From: Bacteriovoracaceae bacterium
GTDB lineage: Bacteria > Bdellovibrionota > Bacteriovoracia > Bacteriovoracales > Bacteriovoracaceae
Reading direction: 5' to 3'
NCBI GenBank assembly: GCA_049599895.1
Contig: JBMYPC010000037.1
Span: 1 to 24,422, forward strand
DNA length: 24,422 nucleotides
Shown: piece after piece, positions 9,328 to 17,971 of the stretch
How the letters are laid out: each line of letters opens with the position of its first letter
Numbering within the stretch: position 1 is the first letter of the stretch
Position numbers and translations under genes: made by a program
Notes under the pieces: generated by a model
Seen by the model: only the letters and a program-made list of their open reading frames with translations
Told to the model about the DNA's origin: nothing
Databases searched by the model: none

Positions 9328-10404
9328 CTATTCCATACACTTAAATGCTTCTGGAACTTCAACTAACTTTTGCATTGCGCCAGGAGGAAGCTTACTTTGA
9401 ATAGGTCCAAGAGATCTTTGAAGCATTCTTTCGTTCATTTTTCGGTCATATTCCTTGAAGTTTTCACTGATCGAGCTATCAAAATAGTTAAGCTCAAGAT
9501 CAAATGTTTGCCTTGGCGTCAGGCATGAATAATCAAGTGTGTTGAGGTCTAACTCGTAAACTTTCTTTCCCCAAAAGTGTAGGAAACCTAGCTTGTCTTT
9601 AGTTGGAGAATAAACAATGTTCCAGTAACTTGCATAACCGGTTAGAAAGTTAAATGTCTTAACTGATTGAAGTGAATCCCATGCAATCTTTTCTACTGAG
9701 TCAGTTGTTTTATTTGCGTTTTGGCTATAGTGACTGATTCTTACAAATCGGTTTTTTGATCCCATTGAAGTTGGAATTGGATTATTTCCACCAAATCCTA
9801 CGAAGTTCTTTCTAAATTTTGCAGAGTCTGCGTACGTATCATTTGTAATTCCCCGTACATTGTCGCTAATAACGAGCTTGCCTTTAATCCATTCAAAGAC
9901 AGCACACCGTGAAGACTTCTCACAAACAAGATAGTGAACATTGGCATAAACACTAGAAAGTCTTAACTTCTTAGCGTTAGTGATAACTTCAGAAACACTT
10001 TCATAGTTATCAAGCTGATATTGAATCCACTGAACCTCATTGATTGTCGCTCTCTTATCAACGTCAGGGTATTTTGAAGAGTCTAACCAAAGAATCTCAA
10101 TCGTAAGACCTTTTTCATTCATCCCACCATTTGGAAATTCAACTCCGTACTGGTTAAAAGTCACTGAACCATATTTTGAAACCCAAGTGGTTGGCTTATC
10201 TCCTGGCTTAATTCCAAGAGTCATCTTCGCAACATTTCTCTTGTTCACTACAAGAAGACCATGGCCCATATACCAGTCATAAGACTTCCCAATTGCGAGT
10301 TCATTGTTTTTCTCAACCATAAACGAGCTACAGCTAAAACCTGGTAGAGACCAAAGCAATGTAAGGGATACAAATAAACAGCTTAGCGACTTCATTAGTT
10401 TCAC
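9328..10404 (-). CDS. Secreted linear amide C-N hydrolase (choloylglycine hydrolase / penicillin V acylase family, Ntn fold)
   Basis: Signal peptide followed by CSSF (N-terminal nucleophile Cys), GKSYDW, GGMNEKGL, ITND, SKNRFVR. Start placed at GTG 10404 (AAGGAG upstream); ORF track extends to 10446. Confidence 0.88.
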   Translation of the reverse strand: MKLMKSLSCLFVSLTLLWSLPGFSCSSFMVEKNNELAIGKSYDWYMGHGLLVVNKRNVAKMTLGIKPGDKPTTWVSKYGSVTFNQYGVEFPNGGMNEKGLTIEILWLDSSKYPDVDKRATINEVQWIQYQLDNYESVSEVITNAKKLRLSSVYANVHYLVCEKSSRCAVFEWIKGKLVISDNVRGITNDTYADSAKFRKNFVGFGGNNPIPTSMGSKNRFVRISHYSQNANKTTDSVEKIAWDSLQSVKTFNFLTGYASYWNIVYSPTKDKLGFLHFWGKKVYELDLNTLDYSCLTPRQTFDLELNYFDSSISENFKEYDRKMNERMLQRSLGPIQSKLPPGAMQKLVEVPEAFKCME

Positions 10405-10561
10405 GAGATACTCTCCTTCTTGGGTCATTCTCAAAATCTTCCTCAATTTAGAGAATAATTTTGAGACACAGCGGAGACATCTGGCTACTTACAGGCCCTA
10501 ACACTTGATAAATGTTGAAGGATTATGACAAAGCTCGTAGATTTTTGTCGGTTATATGGGC

Positions 10562-10759
10562 TTAAGCCTGTGGCTTTGAGTCATTATCTTTGTCAGCAGT
10601 CTTGTCCTCAATCTCAGAACTTCCCTGATCTAGGCCCTTTTTAAAGCTCTTGATTGACTTTCCAAATGACTCCCCAAGTGCTGGAAGCTTTTTTGCCCCA
10701 AAGAGAAGAAGAATAATGAAAGCGAGAACAAGAAGTTCTCCCATACCTAAACCAAACAT
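10562..10759 (-). CDS. tatA: Twin-arginine translocase TatA/TatE subunit
   Basis: MFGLGMGELLVLAFIILLLFGAKKLPALGESFGKSIKSFKKG: canonical TM helix, FG hinge and amphipathic helix. Confidence 0.95.
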   Translation of the reverse strand: MFGLGMGELLVLAFIILLLFGAKKLPALGESFGKSIKSFKKGLDQGSSEIEDKTADKDNDSKPQA

Positions 10760-10915
10760 ACCTTAATAATATCCTGTATTTACGAAATGGCAATGGCCAC
10801 TAATGACTAGAATATAGCACGATTTTCCGACATATCCTGTAAAGTTTTCTCAAAATCACATCTAAGTCCCTAATTTCGCTATATTAGAACAAATATTCAA
10901 ATTTTTGAGGTCATT

Positions 10916-13204
10916 ATGAGTAAGCTTTTAGTTTTAATCGCCTTTCTTTTTACTACTCAGATCCATGCACTAGAGATCATCGAGCTCAACACTATTGAAA
11001 ACGAGTTCGATGAAGAAAACGACAAAAGACATCACGTCTTTTTTCTTCATGGTCTTCATTCAAATGGTGACACTTTTGGGGATCTTCCTGAGCTGGTTAA
11101 AGAGAAATATCCAAAAGTTCACACTCCAAAGAAGCTTACAAATGGTAATATTTTAGAGTTTCCAACAAAAGTTATCGATCCTAAAAATAAGGACAAAGTC
11201 CTCAACGAATACTCCATTGATAAGTCCTCAGCCATTATTTATTCCAGAATCGTGAACTACTTCGTCGAAGAAGGTTTAAGCCCAGATGAGCCCTTCTCTA
11301 TTATAGCTCACAGCTTAGGTGGAATCGTTAGTACAAACATGATTTTAAAATGTTTCACCGGCAATACAGAAAGATGTTCTTACGAAAAAGGATTAAACTA
11401 TCTAAGAGATCTTAACCATAAGTCTATCCAGACTTTAAAAATGGAAGAGAACCTCGAAAAGAAAAAAAGTTTTCGTTCATACTTTAATATTCAGCACCTC
11501 ATCACTCTCGGTTCTCCTTTTTGGGGAGCACCAACACCAAATAAAGTTGCTAACTGGGATGCTGCTCTAGGCTTTGTTAATAAATTTGGTGGAAGCCTTG
11601 CTATTGAACAAATGAAAGCTCTTAAGACTGGAAGTAATTCCCTCGTTATTAACAGAAGACAAATTCTTGGTTCATCTACAGAAGAATGGACAAATCCTTT
11701 TCCCTTTCAACTTAAGATTTATAACATCGCAGGAGTTATTGCCCCAGAATACGTCCATAAGGACAATAGTGATCGTAGCTTAAAAGAAATTCTCACAGAT
11801 AAAGTTTCTCAACAATACTTTAAACTGATCTCTGCTTCAGACAGTGAAGGTAAGCATCAAGTAGAAACTGACGCTGCAGTTGAAGCGATGGATGCAAGGC
11901 TCGACTTTATTTATCATGTTGAAACAGAAGATTATCAAACAGGTGAGATCTTAACGAAGACAGGAAGAACAAAGGTTACTCAAGCCTATATTCCGATTGT
12001 TGTCTCTCACATGAAACTTCCTTCTTTTGCCAGCAAAACGAATATTCATTCAATGGCCAATATCACTCGTGATAAAAGTAATAATAATGCCTCTTATCAC
12101 TATATCGATCAGGTTCTTGATCAGTACTTTAGAGGTGGCGAACTAGAAGTCATCAGAGAGGAAGTCATTCCTCCAAAAACTTTCACCACTGAAATCATGG
12201 CAATTGTTCCTGAAGAATTTAGACACCGTAAGCTTGATTTTACAAATGAAGATTATGTCTCGGTGAAAGCCGGTAACTCGGCAATTGCTCTTGCCAAACA
12301 AAAAGATATCTTAACCGGCCGCTACTCTGGTCAAAATACGGAATCAGATGAAACAAAGGCCAAGGGCTATCATACTTTTTATAGCTACGGAAAATTTAAA
12401 GAATGGCAAGATGAAGCAAATCTTGTCCTTCAGCACCAAAACGCTGATAACAAAGCCCTATATGAGGGTAAAATCGATTATGAATTTAACTTCCCAGGGT
12501 TTGAGAAAAAGACAACCAGTCTTTCTGTTGCTCAATCATTTACAAGTTTTGCTAAACTTATTTTTAAACCTTATCAGCCTTTAAATGGTCCTGTTGACGT
12601 TGCTCTTTATAGCAATCGTTATTTTGATGTTCTTAGTATCCTTGATGATGAAAGACTCATCCTATTTAATAGAGCTTCAAAATCCGTTATGATTACAAAC
12701 TTTAATAAGCTTAGCACAAACATAAAAGAAAACTATCTTCAGGGTCTCAAAGACAAATTTACTCTTAACTCAGGTGAAGACAAAAAAGGTAAGTCTTGCT
12801 TTGTTGGAAAAATTGGAGAATTTAAAGAAGAATACACAAGCAATAAATCAAAAGCCTCAACTTCAAGTCCTAATTTTAAGTATGACGAGTATGCTTCATT
12901 TAATGATCTTTATGAGCATGGAAGTACCACCAAAGATATTGATCTTAGAAAAGAAGATGAGCTCTATATCGTCGGGCGTGTGAAGATGAATGATGATAAA
13001 GAAGTCACAAGAAGAGGTGTAAAACAAACAAGAAGCATGGAATTTGACCGCTACCTTGTAGTGAAGCCAAGTTCTGTTGGTCATACGGGAGTTTGGAAAT
13101 ACGTTCGCTCAACTCCTGTTCTTGATAATGACTCTTTTGTTTGGGTCAATGCAAGTGATATCGACATCATTAAAGATGCCACTTGTGACTTTTCTAGAAT
13201 TTAA
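10916..13204 (+). CDS. Secreted multidomain lipase/esterase (PGAP1/DUF676-like alpha/beta hydrolase with long C-terminal extension)
   Basis: Signal peptide; VFFLHGL, IIAHSLGG, LITLGSPFWGA, TDAAV (Asp), VSHM (His). Confidence 0.8.
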   Translation: MSKLLVLIAFLFTTQIHALEIIELNTIENEFDEENDKRHHVFFLHGLHSNGDTFGDLPELVKEKYPKVHTPKKLTNGNILEFPTKVIDPKNKDKVLNEYSIDKSSAIIYSRIVNYFVEEGLSPDEPFSIIAHSLGGIVSTNMILKCFTGNTERCSYEKGLNYLRDLNHKSIQTLKMEENLEKKKSFRSYFNIQHLITLGSPFWGAPTPNKVANWDAALGFVNKFGGSLAIEQMKALKTGSNSLVINRRQILGSSTEEWTNPFPFQLKIYNIAGVIAPEYVHKDNSDRSLKEILTDKVSQQYFKLISASDSEGKHQVETDAAVEAMDARLDFIYHVETEDYQTGEILTKTGRTKVTQAYIPIVVSHMKLPSFASKTNIHSMANITRDKSNNNASYHYIDQVLDQYFRGGELEVIREEVIPPKTFTTEIMAIVPEEFRHRKLDFTNEDYVSVKAGNSAIALAKQKDILTGRYSGQNTESDETKAKGYHTFYSYGKFKEWQDEANLVLQHQNADNKALYEGKIDYEFNFPGFEKKTTSLSVAQSFTSFAKLIFKPYQPLNGPVDVALYSNRYFDVLSILDDERLILFNRASKSVMITNFNKLSTNIKENYLQGLKDKFTLNSGEDKKGKSCFVGKIGEFKEEYTSNKSKASTSSPNFKYDEYASFNDLYEHGSTTKDIDLRKEDELYIVGRVKMNDDKEVTRRGVKQTRSMEFDRYLVVKPSSVGHTGVWKYVRSTPVLDNDSFVWVNASDIDIIKDATCDFSRI

Positions 13205-13209
13205 GAAAC

Positions 13210-14160
13210 ATGAAAAGAAAACGAATAAGATTTCTAGGAATTATTAGTTTTCTTTTTCTTAGTCATTCACTCTATGCCATCGCTTGTCTTAATGAGATTT
13301 CTTTTGGCAATCCTCATTTTGAAAAGAGACTCTTAGACTTAGAGATTTCGAAATTAAAGCTTCTTGAAAATTTAGAAGAAGCTAAAGGCCTTGTGCTGAT
13401 TGAAACAAAGAGTGAAAAAAAACTCGTCGGAGAAATTGAAATTATTAAGTTTGGTTCCTCTTATTCAGCGGTCTTTCTTAAGAATTCTCAAACTTCCCAT
13501 TTAATCGATCAAAAACAGATTAAAGGCATCTACGCAAGCCTTGATAACCAGGTTGATCTTCTTTTTAAAGAAACTTCAAATTCAAAATATAAACCCTTTC
13601 TTGAGTTTGATGAACCGAAAGTCAAAGACTACTTCTGTAAAAATAGGAGTTACTTTCAAAATACTCATGAAGGCAAGATGATTGCAAAGGCCTTATCTAG
13701 AAATGTCCCTTTCTATAAAAATGCCGTCTTTAATCGGAAGGTTATGGCCATGTGCCTTTCAAGTGCAGGTATGGGTCTGGCGACCCCCTATACAATCGAA
13801 AAAAGAAAAAAGGGTGAACATAATTTCTTTACCAATCATCATACAAACTTCACGGAAGGATGGGCACTTATGAGTGTTCTCTACGCCTGCCCTTCTCTTC
13901 TTGGTCTTCAATCTTCGGCTTATTTAGGTTTAATTCTTGGAGCCAATACTCTTGGCCAAGTTCTTGCTGAAATTGGCATGGGACAAGAAAATCTTTTAGG
14001 TCCTTTTGGAGATCCTTCTCATGGAAAACGCCACACTGGCAAAGTAAAGACAGACTATTATGACTTCGCTTCAGGGCTCTCTTCTATTATTCTCTTCTAT
14101 ACGTCTATGAAGTTCATTGAAAATCGCTTTGGTTACCAATTTAAGAGCATTTGCCGCTAA
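13210..14160 (+). CDS. Hypothetical membrane protein
   Basis: 316-aa ORF 5 nt after the lipase stop; signal peptide and 3-4 hydrophobic segments in the C-terminal half. Confidence 0.7.
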   Translation: MKRKRIRFLGIISFLFLSHSLYAIACLNEISFGNPHFEKRLLDLEISKLKLLENLEEAKGLVLIETKSEKKLVGEIEIIKFGSSYSAVFLKNSQTSHLIDQKQIKGIYASLDNQVDLLFKETSNSKYKPFLEFDEPKVKDYFCKNRSYFQNTHEGKMIAKALSRNVPFYKNAVFNRKVMAMCLSSAGMGLATPYTIEKRKKGEHNFFTNHHTNFTEGWALMSVLYACPSLLGLQSSAYLGLILGANTLGQVLAEIGMGQENLLGPFGDPSHGKRHTGKVKTDYYDFASGLSSIILFYTSMKFIENRFGYQFKSICR

Positions 14161-14235
14161 TGTTGAATTCCTAACACCACTTTCATTTTTTCATCTAAAC
14201 CCTTAAAAGGACTGCTTTTTTGGTATCTTAAAGAC

Positions 14236-15210
14236 GTGAAAATTCATTCGTTATTTTTACTTTTTTTCTTTGGGTTTCAAGAAAGTCTTTGGGCCAATAA
14301 GAGATTATGGAAAAAGTCTTCATCATCTTCTCAAAGATCAAAACCAAAAGCTCAAAGTCGTAAATCAGTTGAGGGAATCCCTGAGCTTGCCACTTATTAT
14401 ATTGATCAGGCTATCGCGGTTAATCCTCAAATGGATGAAATCAACCTGATCAATTTAAGAGATGAGATAAAAACAAAAGTTCAGTTTGTCAGGAGCCCTT
14501 TGCAACTGGCCGGCTCAGGAGAAGCGAGATCTTGTGGTCTTAACGATGCTTCCTCTGCAACAGTTTATCTTAATCCCTACTCTCATATTAAATTAAACTC
14601 ACCTGAAGGTCTTGCCTGTTTAAATCATGAAGCCGTTGAAGCTTTAGGTTACGATGATGCTAATTATAATCTGACCATGAGAATTTATCTTCACAGTCGA
14701 AAAAAAGATGTCGCCGACACCATTGCCATTAGTAGTGAGAGAAGCACCAGTCTTAAAACCTACACGACTCTCTACGCCGATGGATCAAATAATGGTGGTG
14801 TTACAGGTGCTGGTGGCGGTGGAGATGGTCATGGGTTAAAGATCAAAATGGACCTTATGGTAACACTTGGGCAAATAACCGATGCCGATTTAAGACAAGG
14901 AAGCTTCCGCCACAGCAAATCAGAACTCATTGAAAAAGTACTCTCTTTTGCTTTTGAGCCTGATTATCGAGTTGTCATCTATAACCAGAAGGCCCCTTTT
15001 TGGATAACGAGTAAAACAGTCACTATCAGTGAAGGCAAAAAAAGTTCAAAACGAAGTCGAACTTTTACTCAAGATGTCGTTCGCTTTAATGCTCAAATGA
15101 TGGTTTTCTTTTCTCTACAAAACTATAATGTTCATCCGATGAATGCTTATGGAACGAATTATCCGCAACTTCTTGCGAATATTTTAAAGGCCATCGACAA
15201 TGAGCACTAA
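14236..15210 (+). CDS. Hypothetical secreted protein with HEAVEALGYDD motif and internal Gly-rich segment
   Basis: 324-aa ORF, GTG start, signal peptide; overlaps the next gene by 11 nt. Confidence 0.7.
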   Translation: MKIHSLFLLFFFGFQESLWANKRLWKKSSSSSQRSKPKAQSRKSVEGIPELATYYIDQAIAVNPQMDEINLINLRDEIKTKVQFVRSPLQLAGSGEARSCGLNDASSATVYLNPYSHIKLNSPEGLACLNHEAVEALGYDDANYNLTMRIYLHSRKKDVADTIAISSERSTSLKTYTTLYADGSNNGGVTGAGGGGDGHGLKIKMDLMVTLGQITDADLRQGSFRHSKSELIEKVLSFAFEPDYRVVIYNQKAPFWITSKTVTISEGKKSSKRSRTFTQDVVRFNAQMMVFFSLQNYNVHPMNAYGTNYPQLLANILKAIDNEH

Positions 15211-16006
15211 AGGCTCTCCTTCAGAGATTTTAAAAAAGTTCTTTGAAAGAGTTCAATCAAGAAATAGCTCCTATTCTCAACGGGCCTTAGCAAGAGACCT
15301 CGAGATCAGCCCAGGGCAAATGAATCTGATCTTTAATGGCAAAAGAGAAATCACTGATGAACTTTATCAAAAGATTATCAAGACTTTAAAACTCGATGAT
15401 CTCGAGGCCAGTGAGCTTGGAAAAAGTCTTGTCCTCAACCGCCTGAATTCGAGTTTTTTCGAATCAGCGTTAAAGAAGATTGACCTTAACAGTCTTCCCC
15501 CTTTTCAACCTCTTGATTCAGATCAAATTAATCTTTTTGAAAAATGGTACTTCCCTGCTGTTCTCGATCTCACAACTTGCTCTAACTATACCGATGATGC
15601 CGAATGGATCGCAAAAACTCTTTCCATTTCAATCACACAAGTTCTTGAGGCCTTTGACCTAATCTTAAAACTTGATCTTGCTGAAAATGTTGATGGGAAG
15701 ATTCAAAAAAAGATCACTAATATTCGTTTTCCTACAGGATCAAAAGTTCAGGTTCTTACCAACTATCATATTCAGAATTTGCAAAAGACTATTTCACTTC
15801 TTGAATCAGCTAAAGAGGACCAGTACTCAAGACGTCACGTTGTCGGAACAACCCTTGCTTGTAACCCTGACAAAATAGAAAAGGCCAAGCAAATGATTAA
15901 CTCGGCCCTTTATGAAATAACAAACGAACTTTCATCACCTAGAGAGAACTGTCTCGAGGTTTACCAACTGAATATTCAGTTGGTTCCCGTTTCTAACAAC
16001 TCATAG
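15200..16006 (+). CDS. TIGR02147 / DUF4423 family protein with N-terminal XRE-like HTH
   Basis: RNSSYSQRALARDLEISPGQMNLIFNGKREIT (HTH), WYFPAVLDL, WIAKTLSIS, YHIQNL, C-terminal EVYQLNIQLVPV. Confidence 0.88.
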   Translation: MSTKGSPSEILKKFFERVQSRNSSYSQRALARDLEISPGQMNLIFNGKREITDELYQKIIKTLKLDDLEASELGKSLVLNRLNSSFFESALKKIDLNSLPPFQPLDSDQINLFEKWYFPAVLDLTTCSNYTDDAEWIAKTLSISITQVLEAFDLILKLDLAENVDGKIQKKITNIRFPTGSKVQVLTNYHIQNLQKTISLLESAKEDQYSRRHVVGTTLACNPDKIEKAKQMINSALYEITNELSSPRENCLEVYQLNIQLVPVSNNS

Positions 16007-16118
16007 ATTCGAAATTTTATACTGAGCATTTTGATTTTGGTCTACAGTAATCGTGATTCACCTTATCACTGTCACCAGACTCAGCTAGAGCACTTAATGA
16101 CAAAGAATACTTTCATAA

Positions 16119-16691
16119 TTAAAAGACAATATCTTTTATATCCTGCTCAGAATAAGAATTAGTCCTCAAATGCAAAAATTGGCGGAGCTCACTTCTTGTA
16201 TCGATATATCGTATCCACTTAAGTTCCCATTCATAATAAGAATCATCTGTTACTTCTTTAAAAGCCCGCAAAGCATATGAGTTGTTGATTGTTGCAGCCC
16301 ATCTCATTTCCCAATGTTTGTATCGAGAGTCTCTAATTTCATCAAAAGCTTGATAGGCATACGTTGTATTTATTCTTGTCGCATACTTCATTTCCCATTC
16401 TTTGTAGGAACTGTCCCTTAGAAGAACGAGTGCTCGATATGCCCAGTAAGAACAAATATCGAATGCATGTGCGACTTCCCACGCTTGTTCATTCCCATCT
16501 GAAATTAGATTGTAAGCTTTTTCTGAGTAAGTCTCATCACATCCTGATGATGTCACGGAAGAGTTAGTTGTGACATTATTAACAATTATTTTTGCAACAG
16601 GTTTAATATCCTCTTTATATTTATCTTGTTGACCACCAGCAATTGCGACAAAAGGTAAAATAGATATTATAAGTAAAATTTGAGCTTTCAT
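16119..16691 (-). CDS. Hypothetical secreted protein with ~5 tandem 28-aa repeats
   Basis: Signal peptide, AGGAGA RBS, exact 28-residue periodicity of W-E. Confidence 0.8.
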   Translation of the reverse strand: MKAQILLIISILPFVAIAGGQQDKYKEDIKPVAKIIVNNVTTNSSVTSSGCDETYSEKAYNLISDGNEQAWEVAHAFDICSYWAYRALVLLRDSSYKEWEMKYATRINTTYAYQAFDEIRDSRYKHWEMRWAATINNSYALRAFKEVTDDSYYEWELKWIRYIDTRSELRQFLHLRTNSYSEQDIKDIVF

Positions 16692-16709
16692 TGTGTCTCC
16701 TATTCGCTA

Positions 16710-17225
16710 TTAATAATTTCGAGAAAGTACTTCTAAACTTTCAACAATTTCTTCAACTGATAAAGCCTTGCAATAATCTTCTCCGCTTGAAATGTCTGTA
16801 TCATTTTTAAACCCGACTTCTACTTTTAGAATAGGATCGCTGTAGACACTTACAAGAAGGCTTCGCTGATCAATGAAGTCAGACGGTCCACTTGTTCTCG
16901 CGATTTCGATATCCGTTATATCCATTCGATTAAGAAAATGAACATTATTAAGAACCGCTTTTAACGTATTGGCATAAGCTCTAATTATGCAATAATCATC
17001 TGGATCAAAATCGTTATCTAATACTTCATTCAATGTTTTTACGTAAGCATCTCCAGCTCCATTGGGTTTACTCCATTTTACAGAGTCAGAGTTCTTATCA
17101 TAATACTGGTGGCTGACTTTTATTCTAAGTCTATCAATTCGATTTATCGTTGTTTGATCCTTTACATTTACTGCAAAAGTTTTTGCTGAAATTAAAATCA
17201 TTAATACCAAAAATAAGCTTTTCAT
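16710..17225 (-). CDS. Hypothetical secreted protein
   Basis: Signal peptide ending KTFA, GGAGG RBS, 171 aa, two Cys; 18 nt from the downstream gene. Confidence 0.75.
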   Translation of the reverse strand: MKSLFLVLMILISAKTFAVNVKDQTTINRIDRLRIKVSHQYYDKNSDSVKWSKPNGAGDAYVKTLNEVLDNDFDPDDYCIIRAYANTLKAVLNNVHFLNRMDITDIEIARTSGPSDFIDQRSLLVSVYSDPILKVEVGFKNDTDISSGEDYCKALSVEEIVESLEVLSRNY

Positions 17226-17330
17226 AATTCCTCCAAAGTTTTTGTAAATCAGAATTATCTCGTTAGAGCATTTATGAGTAGGACCCGTGAAAAGGATCTG
17301 CTTGCAGGTTTGAAAACAGGTAAAAATAAC

Positions 17331-17360
17331 AAAAAAAGGCCAAGACGATCGCCTTGGCCT
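17331..17360 (-). terminator. Rho-independent terminator of the 17400-17813 gene
   Basis: Minus strand AGGCCAAGGC-GATC-GTCTTGGCCT followed by TTTTTT, ~40 nt after the stop. Confidence 0.85.
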
Positions 17361-17399
17361 CTCGATAACTATTTGCTAAGTCTCTGAAAAAAGATGTGC

Positions 17400-17813
17400 T
17401 TATTCTTTTTCAGTACTCTCAACTTCAGGTGCGTCCCCTCCATCATTTCCATCAGGAGCACCTTCTCCTCTTCTTCTTCGTTTTAAATCACCTTTTTGTT
17501 CATCATTGTGCTTAAATCTTTTGATTCGACGGCTATTTTTATCAAGCCTTCTTTTCATTTTCTTTTTTTCTTTTTTAGTCCACTCACCATCTTCGCTAAA
17601 ACGATCTTTCATTCTTTTAGTTTTTCTTCGGTCTCTTTTCAGCATTCGCTTTTCCCGTCTTGAAAACTCGCCATTTTTCTTTCCGTGCTTAATTCTTTGC
17701 TTCTGCATCTGCTTTCGAGCTTTAAACCGCTTTGGTCCCGGCTGAGCAAACGACTCGGCTGCAAAAAATAACACCGTAAGAACTAGTCCGATTTTCATAC
17801 ATAAGTTTTTCAT
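17400..17813 (-). CDS. Secreted Lys/Arg-rich hypothetical protein, putative ECF target
   Basis: Signal peptide (ESFA), AGGAG RBS, internal duplication NGEFSRREKRML / DGEWTKKEKKKM, own promoter and terminator. Confidence 0.8.
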   Translation of the reverse strand: MKNLCMKIGLVLTVLFFAAESFAQPGPKRFKARKQMQKQRIKHGKKNGEFSRREKRMLKRDRRKTKRMKDRFSEDGEWTKKEKKKMKRRLDKNSRRIKRFKHNDEQKGDLKRRRRGEGAPDGNDGGDAPEVESTEKE

Positions 17814-17894
17814 TCATTATCTCCTATTGTTTTGAAAGCTGATCTACAACTATTCTAGCTCCCTATTGAAAAACTGCTTCAAGCAGGAACATAG

Positions 17895-17924
17895 TTAATA
17901 CGATCCTCTGAGAAAAAAGTTTCA
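17895..17924 (-). promoter_or_regulatory. ECF sigma promoter (TGAAAC-N16-CGTA) facing the 17400-17813 gene
   Basis: Minus strand TGAAAC TTTTTTCTCAGAGGAT CGTA TTAA; matches the Bacillus SigW-type consensus and the copy at 17988. Confidence 0.8.
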
Positions 17925-17971
17925 AATATTTTTTCATTTCCCATAAGTCACTAAAAATACTAAGATTTTGT

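Noticed and set aside
9168..9362. 64-aa ORF between the Ntn hydrolase and smc
   Set aside because: Spans a terminator hairpin and the CA tract (THTHT); no RBS or protein-like features.
13210..13260. MKRKRIRFL as a Tat signal linked to nearby tatA
   Set aside because: No twin-arginine S/T-R-R-x-F-L motif.
16037..16080. Imperfect inverted repeats (GTGAT-N7-ATCAC; ACAGT...ACTGT) between convergent genes
   Set aside because: Short, weak stems without a U-tract; cannot be told from chance.
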